Assembly: GCA_035526625.1 (NCBI GenBank)
Contig: DATLCB010000247.1
Span: 1 to 53,944 of the forward strand
Length of the DNA stretch: 53,944 nucleotides
Source of the DNA: Chitinophagaceae bacterium
GTDB lineage: Bacteria; Bacteroidota; Bacteroidia; Chitinophagales; Chitinophagaceae
Direction: 5' to 3'
Positions 40,500 to 48,238 of this stretch are shown piece after piece (positions within the stretch are counted from its first letter, which is position 1; each line of letters starts with the position of its first letter). Under the pieces are notes generated by a model that did no database searches, was not told the DNA's origin, and saw nothing but the letters and a program-made list of their open reading frames with translations. Both the position numbers and the translations under genes were made by a program.

Positions 40500-40992
40500 T
40501 TACCGGCGACTCATATTATATTCATTTCGAATGATGAAACTATTTTCTCCTGCGAACTTTACTTCCTTACGTATAATAAAGGACCGTTTACTGACGAGGT
40601 AAATATGTCTTAAATAAAGCGGGGCGGTTATCGTTACCATCCACACCTGTCTTTTCAGTGATTACTTTAAGTATTCCTCCGGCAGTGTTTTCTTTTGAGA
40701 TCACCAGCTCGCCGTTGATCTGTTTCTTGTCGGCACTGAATACCAACGTATCGTTTGCGTTGGCAGTAGGTTCTTTTGGATATTCGTATCGAAGTATCAG
40801 CCGCTGTTCATTGCTTTTATCTTTTTCAACGACCATATTGGCGGGCATGGTAAATGGTTTACCGCTTGTATAGTCCTTATAGGTGATGGTACCTTTCCAA
40901 CTACCTAACGCAGGCTTAAGATCTTTAACAGAAATACCCGGGTCCTGCAAGTAAGATCCAAGAAACAAAAAAACAAGACAAGAAAGCTTCAT
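40500..40992 (-). pseudogene. Exported hypothetical protein interrupted by a 1-bp frameshift near 40611
   Basis: After PALF, skipping one base gives RHIYLVSKRSFIIRKEVKFAGENSFIIRNEYNMSRR* to TAA at 40500-40502, while the annotated frame stops 7 codons after the shift. Confidence 0.65.
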
Positions 40993-41044
40993 TTTTTTTC
41001 GTGAAAATAATACATCCGTCTTTCTTTCAATTTATCATTTAAAA

Positions 41045-41074
41045 AAAACCCGTCCTGGTTGAAGGACGGGTTTT
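41045..41074 (-). terminator. Intrinsic terminator after the large T9SS gene
   Basis: 12-bp stem AAAACCCGTCCT/AGGACGGGTTTT with poly-A on the left. Confidence 0.8.
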
Positions 41075-41094
41075 GAAGTTGTAGCTTATTCTTT

Positions 41095-44000
41095 TTACTG
41101 CATTTGTATTCTCACCTTCTTAGTTCCAATTAACTTGCCGCCTTCTCCTCTCACTTCTACAATATAAATACCAGCAGGACGGCCAAAGAGGTTTATCTCG
41201 AAGTCCGTATAAGGGAGAGATCCTGTGAACGCTTTACGGTAGACAAGGGCTCCGTTGGCTGCAAATACATTCACATTCACTTGCTCATTCGGGCTATTAT
41301 AGAACCGTACATGGAACCGTCCATTGTTCGGGTTCGGATAAACGTATAGCAGGCTGCTCTGTGATGCACTTAGCACTACATTGGCCGATGTGTTAACACA
41401 ACCATTCAAGTCTGTATAAACCACTCTATAGGTTCCGAGATCATTAATTGTCAAGTTCACTAATGTATTGGTATTAGCAGCAGGAATAACAATATTATTC
41501 CTATACCACTGATAACTACCTCCACCCGGACTTCCGGAGGCAGTAAGGGTTACCATTTGGCCCGGCTGTATTTGCGGAGGGATCGATGAGGTGATCGAAA
41601 CGTTTGGCAATGTGTTCACAAACAGTGTAGCAGCATTGGAAATAACTGTATTGCAAAGTCCAATTACACGTACACGATAAGTGTTCGTATTCATGGCCAC
41701 GGTTGTAGTACTCACTGTCAGGTTGCTGGCTGTTGCACCCGCTATATTCACCCACGCACTGCCGTTCCATTGCTCCCACTGGTAGTTCAGTGGACCAGGG
41801 CTCGGGCTTGTGCTTGCCGTTACACTGAAGACCGCATTGCTGCCATCACATACTGTTGTGTTCTGTGGTTGTGACGTAATAGCCGCCAATTGCGCATTAT
41901 TCACTGTTACTGTGAATGAACAAGTACTGCTGTTACCACAGGCATCAGTGGCGGTCACGTTCACCGTAGTAGTACCGATCGGGAAAGCAAAGCCGCTTGC
42001 CGGTATGCTGACGATCGTTACAGCGCCCGCGCAGTTGTCGGTTGCTGTTGGAGTATATGTCACCACCGCTGTACAACTGCCTACCGGAGTTGTTACTGTG
42101 ATATTGGCGGGGCAGGTAACAACTGGGGCTGTCTGGTCATTCACGGTGATGGTCTGTGTACATTGTGCAAAATTGCCGCATGCATCAGTAGCACGATAGG
42201 TCCTTGTAATAGTATACCTGTTGACGCAAGTTTGTGCGCTGATCACATCACCCTGGTGGGTTACGGTTACAACGCCGCCGCAGTTATCCGTTACTCCTGT
42301 TACACTGGCAATATTTGCCACTGGTACAGCGCTGGCACAGCTTACTGTTACGTTAGCCGGGCAGGTGAGTGTTGGCGCTGTTATATCATTTACAGTAATG
42401 GTCTGCGTGCATTGTGCAATGTTGCCGGATGCATCAGTTGCCCTGTAAGTTCTTGTTATGGTATACCTGTTGGCGCAGGTTTGCCCGCTGATCACATCAC
42501 CCTGGTGGGTGACTACAACGCCCGGGCAATTGTCGCTCGCTGTAACACTGGCAATATTTGGTGCAGGCACTGCTGATGCACAGCTTACAGTTACTCCTGC
42601 AGGACAGGTGATCGATGGATTCTGCGTATCATTTACTGTAACAGTAAATGAACAGTTGGCCGTGCCGCATGAATTGGTCACCGTGACAGTAACCGTTGTT
42701 ACTCCTTTATTAAAGAAAGAGCCGCTTCCATTGCCGCTGCCGCTGCCGGTAGTTGCGCCCGTGAAACTATAAGTTTGCGTTGGCGCAGGTATACCCGTTA
42801 CTGTTGTTGAATAAGTAACGGTATTCCCGCACTGGTTGGCTGCGTTACTAACTGTTATGTTCGCCGGGCAAACAACCGTTGGAGCCTGGTTCACCACGAG
42901 TGAACTTGAAGCAGAAGGTCTGCATGTCGGATCTAATGGCGTTGTTGAGAGTATTGCATAGATAAAATAATTACCCGGAACGGCGATGGTACCGGTAGCT
43001 GAAGCGGTAGTTCCACCACCACCCAGGCTTCCGTTAGGAACTGTGGCGAATACCGTACCTCCAACATATGGATTAGCTAATGCGGAAGCAGAGTATTTAA
43101 AGGTTATTCCATAAGTCACCCCCATATTCGTCAAGCCTGTTGCACTAAATGTAATGTTATTGTTGGCACAAGCAGGAGATGGTGTAGCTGAAACAGCCCC
43201 GATCGTTGGACATACCGCACAACCTCCGGGTCCTAATAGAGTGAAGATTGCCGTTTGCGGGCAACCCGTTCCCTGGTCCGTTACAACAACAGTATATTGG
43301 CCAATGGTCAGTCCTGTTTGATCTTCACTTGTTGGATTCAGACCACTACCCCCATTTGTGGTCCACGCAAATGTATAAGGGCCGGGTGATCCTGTCATAG
43401 TAATATTGATCGCTCCATCAGCAGATACGCACGTTGTAGGTTGGGTTACAGAGCCAGATACCTGGTGCTGCGGATTCACCAATACAGTTGCAGTAATGGG
43501 AGTACCAAAACAACCTGATGCATCAACTGGCGTGATAGTGAATGTAACGGTTACAGGAGCTGCGGTCGTATTAGTTAGTGTGCCACTGATATTACCTGTG
43601 CCACTCGCAGCAATACCTGTTACAGTAACATTATTGTTTCTTGTCCAGTTGAAAGAAGTTGATGTACCGGCAAGAACGATAGTGGTGATAGCATTGCCTG
43701 AACAGATAGTCTGTGATGAAGGAGTAGCTGTTGCATCACCAACAGGAACGAATTCATCCGCCCCAATATCAGGAGGATTATTCCTTGCCTGACAGTCGAT
43801 ATCATTCGTTACAGAAGCAACTGCAAGTCCTGACCCATTCAGACACCAGTTTGTTCCGAGAGGTCCTGGAACGAGATGAAGGTCGGTTGCAGAAACAAAT
43901 ACCGGTAATACATTCTTAGAGGTTCCATCACCCCCAGTCTCTGTTTGCCAGGCTGCCAGTGTTGGACGTGAAGTACCTGCAGAGCCGACACCACCAGTAA

Positions 44001-47000
44001 GCCCCAGGTGATAAGTTCCCGGACCTGCTCCTGCAGCATAGAGGTCATTGTAATTGGAATTTAACCCTGTGTATGGAGCGGAATAACCGAGAGCAACCGA
44101 AACAAAACGGGTTGTTGTGCCTGCTGCTGCTCCTATCTGCGTATTAGAAAAGATATTGTTGTTAATATTTACGGGGGTAGCCAGCGTTCGGATACCCAAA
44201 GCTGCGGATGTCTGCGTTCCGGAACTGGCGCCCGGCTGCGTACCCTGCATAGCAACCGTGTTATTGTATACATTGGTAGTACCTGTACCTCCTTCAAGCC
44301 ATAAGCCAACTGAGAAATCCGTTGCTGTACCGTTAGCCGCAACACCTGAGACCGTATTGTTGGCGATGAGCTGTGTTCCCGAAACTGTATTTCCTAAAGC
44401 AATACCGGCGGCGGCAAAAGTGCCGGAATTGGTGATGATCCCGATCTTATTGAATGTGATCGTTGCATTCCCAATAGCATCAGCAATAGCGGCTGAACCT
44501 GTTCCTATACCTCCGGTTATTCCAAAACCTAAGTTGATACCATAGCTATCCGGGGAACCTGTACGTATAATATTGTCTACTTCATTACCGCTGACAGTAA
44601 GGTTATTTTCAAATGCGCTGAATATACCACCCTCACCGATATTATTCGGGCTCGCACTTGTCATGATATTTTGAGTAATGACATTACCCTCATTTTTATT
44701 CGTCCCGCTTTGTCCAACCACATAAATTCCAAATCGGCAAAGACGTATATCATTATTTTCAACACGGTTAAAGTCATTATCAATACCACCACTGATCAAT
44801 GGAAGGGCGCCAATACCAATACCGGCTGCTGTATTTACATTCGATCCGCCGATAACGATACAATTCTTGATCGTACAGTTTGTAACGCCATTAACAGGAG
44901 CTGTTGTTACTGAGTTGAACCATACTACTGCGGCAAACGAAGTAGTATTGGTGTTTTGAATAGTCAGATTACGGGTGGCTGCCACCGGTGGGCAAATAGA
45001 ATTCACTATACTGCCCGTAGAGCCATCGATGGTGATATAATCAGTACCATTAAATTGTAAGATAGTACTGAGGGTTGAACCGGAGATCACTGTATTACCT
45101 GTAGGCTTTATAAGAAGTGTATTCACCGCATTCGCCTCGGGATTTGAGTTGAAATTGATCGGGAACGTTTCAGAAGGATAAGTAGCATCTGTTAAACTGA
45201 AAATAATGGGCCCGCCCAGGCAACTGGTACTATAGGCTGCCGCTGCCGCGGTCAATGTTGTAAAGTTTCCACCAACACCTACGGTATAAGTACCCGATAA
45301 TGTTTGAGTGAGCGAATAACTGTATGGTGAACTTGGAGGCGTTGCCGCAGCCGGGGGATTGATCGTGAACCCTGCTGCTCCTATTAAGGGGGATGACCCT
45401 GCATTACCTGAATTATCCTGCGCAACAATATAATAGGATATGACATCACCGACCACGGCACCAGCGCCAAATGTAAAATTGTACTGGTTGCCTGAAATAA
45501 ATGTTGAGGTGGCTGCTGTGTAGGCGCCTGCATTGATGCGCCAGTATAATACCGGCAATCCTATGCCAGAAGTAGGCACACCATCCGGGTCAATGATAGT
45601 AGCTGATAATGTTCTCGCACCCGGCGTGCAAATATTTGATAAAGGAGTCAGGCTGATAGATGGAGAGTTGGAAAAATCTCCAGCATCCGCACCAATGTCA
45701 ACCGGTGAAAGACCAGCTCTTGCCTGACCGTCAAAATCACTTGTGATAGCAGGAATATTCACGCCTGCGCCTTCCACCAGGGAAGGATAAGGGGTTGTGA
45801 TATGGAGATCTGCTATAGCACTATTGACAAAATTAATTGTGCCACCGGATATAGAATTCGCGTCGCCGCCGGAAGCTGCCTGCCAGCCGGCAAAGGTCTG
45901 GCTCGTTGTCCAGTAGCCGATCGTGCCTGGTGCTGCATTCAGTATATTATAATTGGACGACCATCCTGTTGCACTTGACGTAGCATTGGGATTATTACTG
46001 ATAGCATAATGTGCACCGGTACCACCTGTCCTTGTATTGATAAATATGTTATTCTTTATATCCACGGTCTGGTTGCGGGCTGTTGCTGTAAGATCTCCCC
46101 TGTTCATGCAAGAACTTATCAATGCACCTGAAGCAGCTGTTCCCGATACGGTGATCGAGTTGAAATAAATATTATCAACGGGATCAGGAGTAGAGCCATG
46201 GTTAAGCATGATACCCAGGAAACAGGTATTGGTCGTTTGCCCCTCCCCGATCGATATCATATTATTATATACACTTACAGCGGTAGTACCTGACCGGACA
46301 ATTATACCGGCGACTACGGGGGGACCGGTTACAGTTGTTCCCGTACCGGCATTACTAAGGTTCCAGATCCTGTTGCCAAAAGCGGAAGAATTAGCACCCG
46401 ATGCCAAAATGATACCTGCTACAACCATATTGTTGGTTGCGGCTGCATTGACATTGGAAATATTGCTGATGAGATTTTGCGAACATATACCGTTTGCACC
46501 CCCGGAGAATTGAATACCCTGGGCCGAACAGTTACCACTGGTATAGCCCGTAGTCGCACCGCTTGTGATAAGATTGGTGATCGTATTCTGGCTTACTATA
46601 TATGTTGCTGTGGTATTTACCGCTGTACTTCCCATTATACCTCTGACAAAACCACTCGTGGCGGTTCCATAACTCGATAAGTTTTGTATGGTGTTACCAG
46701 TCATGCTAATTGACACGGGGGTAGTACTGACATTGATCCCGGCCGCCTGTGAGCTACCTGTAGTAAAACCCACGATGCCCGCCCTCATATTCTCGGCGGT
46801 TGCATTACCAATCGTGTTTCCGCTAATAGTTATGGAAGTAGCTGCCGCAGTAACAGTAATACCAAAAACAGCTCCTGCGATCGTTGCCGTAGTGGCGTTG
46901 CTGCTAGTAAAACTTCCTATAATATTGTTTTGAATAAGTATGGTGCCGGTTGAAGCAGAACTTATACCTACTACTGCGCCCTGGGTTGTAGTCGGTACGG

Positions 47001-48096
47001 CAACCAATGCGCCGGTGCCTGAGGCTGCGCCAATGGTATTGGAAGAGAGGTTTCCGATATTGACATTACCTGATGTGATATTGATACCACATAACACTCC
47101 GTTTACAGTGGCTGCGCCACTTGAAGTAGCCAGGTTTATCGCAGTGACCGTATTTCCCTGTACCGACGTTGTCGCAGTCGTTCCTACAGCCAGGTCGATC
47201 CCGATGAACCGTGTAGCAATTGTGCCCGCCATCGTGTACGTACCAGTTGCTGCTGCCGATGAATATCCAATGGTGTTTCCGGAGATCACGTAATTATTCC
47301 CGGATGTGACCTGGATGGCACGATGTGTATTCGCGGTTGTGTAAGTACGTGTTCCTGTTTGATAAAACTTATTATTGGAAATTGTCCAGTCCGTATTATT
47401 AGCTGATACAAGCACGCCTGCGGATACGAGTGTAGCACTGAAAAAGTCCGAGATCGAACAATTGTTTATTATGTTGCCGGAATTTTCAAAGCTCGAGGTA
47501 CCGGCGGCAAATAATGCATTTGTTGGGAGGTTGGCGCCTGCCGCAGTGATCGTACAATTGCTGATCGTGTTGTTATCGTTACCGGTTGAAGTTCCGGTTG
47601 AGAAGAAGATCGTTCCTAAGGTTACACTTGTAGAGGACCCGTTTAATGTGCAATTCGTAACTACGTTGCCCGATGCATCATTCACCAACCGTAACGTAGA
47701 AGTATTAGTCAGGTTACTCGTACTGGTATTGGAAAGCGTTAATGAATTACCTCCGGTGTTCAAACCATTAATTGTTACATTGTCTGCCCCATTGAATTCA
47801 ACAAGCGGACCTGCAATGTTTCCTGTGATTGTCCTGGAAGCGCCTCCAGATGGAGAGATAGTAATACTCGTCCACGTCCCGGCATTCAGGCTCGCAGTAG
47901 CGGCTTCAGTAGTACCTCCAACTATGTCAATGATGATGACGGCACCTGTCTGTGCTCCTGCGTTGATAGCCGTAAAAGCTGCACCGAGCGTGGCATACGA
48001 GCCATTACCCGAAGCAGCGCCTGTAACATTTACATTTTGTGAATTGGAAACTACTGCAAATAAAAACGTAAGCAGCAGGAAGTAAAATTTCCTCAT
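41095..48096 (-). CDS. Large T9SS type A sorting domain protein (two beta-helix regions, PKD-like, HYR, Ig-like)
   Basis: Signal peptide MRKFY (ATG 48096); Asn/Gly-rich parallel beta-helix repeats each ending DLH...DIGAD; HYR motif FPIGTTTV...ATDACGN; C-terminal YPNPNNGRF. Confidence 0.87.
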   Translation of the reverse strand: MRKFYFLLLTFLFAVVSNSQNVNVTGAASGNGSYATLGAAFTAINAGAQTGAVIIIDIVGGTTEAATASLNAGTWTSITISPSGGASRTITGNIAGPLVEFNGADNVTINGLNTGGNSLTLSNTSTSNLTNTSTLRLVNDASGNVVTNCTLNGSSTSVTLGTIFFSTGTSTGNDNNTISNCTITAAGANLPTNALFAAGTSSFENSGNIINNCSISDFFSATLVSAGVLVSANNTDWTISNNKFYQTGTRTYTTANTHRAIQVTSGNNYVISGNTIGYSSAAATGTYTMAGTIATRFIGIDLAVGTTATTSVQGNTVTAINLATSSGAATVNGVLCGINITSGNVNIGNLSSNTIGAASGTGALVAVPTTTQGAVVGISSASTGTILIQNNIIGSFTSSNATTATIAGAVFGITVTAAATSITISGNTIGNATAENMRAGIVGFTTGSSQAAGINVSTTPVSISMTGNTIQNLSSYGTATSGFVRGIMGSTAVNTTATYIVSQNTITNLITSGATTGYTSGNCSAQGIQFSGGANGICSQNLISNISNVNAAATNNMVVAGIILASGANSSAFGNRIWNLSNAGTGTTVTGPPVVAGIIVRSGTTAVSVYNNMISIGEGQTTNTCFLGIMLNHGSTPDPVDNIYFNSITVSGTAASGALISSCMNRGDLTATARNQTVDIKNNIFINTRTGGTGAHYAISNNPNATSSATGWSSNYNILNAAPGTIGYWTTSQTFAGWQAASGGDANSISGGTINFVNSAIADLHITTPYPSLVEGAGVNIPAITSDFDGQARAGLSPVDIGADAGDFSNSPSISLTPLSNICTPGARTLSATIIDPDGVPTSGIGLPVLYWRINAGAYTAATSTFISGNQYNFTFGAGAVVGDVISYYIVAQDNSGNAGSSPLIGAAGFTINPPAAATPPSSPYSYSLTQTLSGTYTVGVGGNFTTLTAAAAAYSTSCLGGPIIFSLTDATYPSETFPINFNSNPEANAVNTLLIKPTGNTVISGSTLSTILQFNGTDYITIDGSTGSIVNSICPPVAATRNLTIQNTNTTSFAAVVWFNSVTTAPVNGVTNCTIKNCIVIGGSNVNTAAGIGIGALPLISGGIDNDFNRVENNDIRLCRFGIYVVGQSGTNKNEGNVITQNIMTSASPNNIGEGGIFSAFENNLTVSGNEVDNIIRTGSPDSYGINLGFGITGGIGTGSAAIADAIGNATITFNKIGIITNSGTFAAAGIALGNTVSGTQLIANNTVSGVAANGTATDFSVGLWLEGGTGTTNVYNNTVAMQGTQPGASSGTQTSAALGIRTLATPVNINNNIFSNTQIGAAAGTTTRFVSVALGYSAPYTGLNSNYNDLYAAGAGPGTYHLGLTGGVGSAGTSRPTLAAWQTETGGDGTSKNVLPVFVSATDLHLVPGPLGTNWCLNGSGLAVASVTNDIDCQARNNPPDIGADEFVPVGDATATPSSQTICSGNAITTIVLAGTSTSFNWTRNNNVTVTGIAASGTGNISGTLTNTTAAPVTVTFTITPVDASGCFGTPITATVLVNPQHQVSGSVTQPTTCVSADGAINITMTGSPGPYTFAWTTNGGSGLNPTSEDQTGLTIGQYTVVVTDQGTGCPQTAIFTLLGPGGCAVCPTIGAVSATPSPACANNNITFSATGLTNMGVTYGITFKYSASALANPYVGGTVFATVPNGSLGGGGTTASATGTIAVPGNYFIYAILSTTPLDPTCRPSASSSLVVNQAPTVVCPANITVSNAANQCGNTVTYSTTVTGIPAPTQTYSFTGATTGSGSGNGSGSFFNKGVTTVTVTVTNSCGTANCSFTVTVNDTQNPSITCPAGVTVSCASAVPAPNIASVTASDNCPGVVVTHQGDVISGQTCANRYTITRTYRATDASGNIAQCTQTITVNDITAPTLTCPANVTVSCASAVPVANIASVTGVTDNCGGVVTVTHQGDVISAQTCVNRYTITRTYRATDACGNFAQCTQTITVNDQTAPVVTCPANITVTTPVGSCTAVVTYTPTATDNCAGAVTIVSIPASGFAFPIGTTTVNVTATDACGNSSTCSFTVTVNNAQLAAITSQPQNTTVCDGSNAVFSVTASTSPSPGPLNYQWEQWNGSAWVNIAGATASNLTVSTTTVAMNTNTYRVRVIGLCNTVISNAATLFVNTLPNVSITSSIPPQIQPGQMVTLTASGSPGGGSYQWYRNNIVIPAANTNTLVNLTINDLGTYRVVYTDLNGCVNTSANVVLSASQSSLLYVYPNPNNGRFHVRFYNSPNEQVNVNVFAANGALVYRKAFTGSLPYTDFEINLFGRPAGIYIVEVRGEGGKLIGTKKVRIQMQ
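42238..42510. repeat. Intragenic domain duplication (249-bp period)
   Basis: GCTGATCACATCACCCTGGTGGGT at 42238 and 42487; repeated TCPAxVTVSCASAVP...YTITRTYRATDA units. Confidence 0.85.
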
Positions 48097-48238
48097 AATC
48101 AGAGTTTGTGGTTGTAGAATGGGGGGAGCAATTAGAATGCTCCAATCTTCTAAGATATCCAATTTTAGCACATAGCCAACTTTTTGTGGAGGAACGGACA
48201 TATACTATTCCGTCGTTATTTGTGAGGACCGAATTATC

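Noticed and set aside
41810-48085. Many plus-strand Val/Ala/Pro-rich ORFs
   Set aside because: Shadow frames of the Thr/Gly/Asn-rich T9SS gene.
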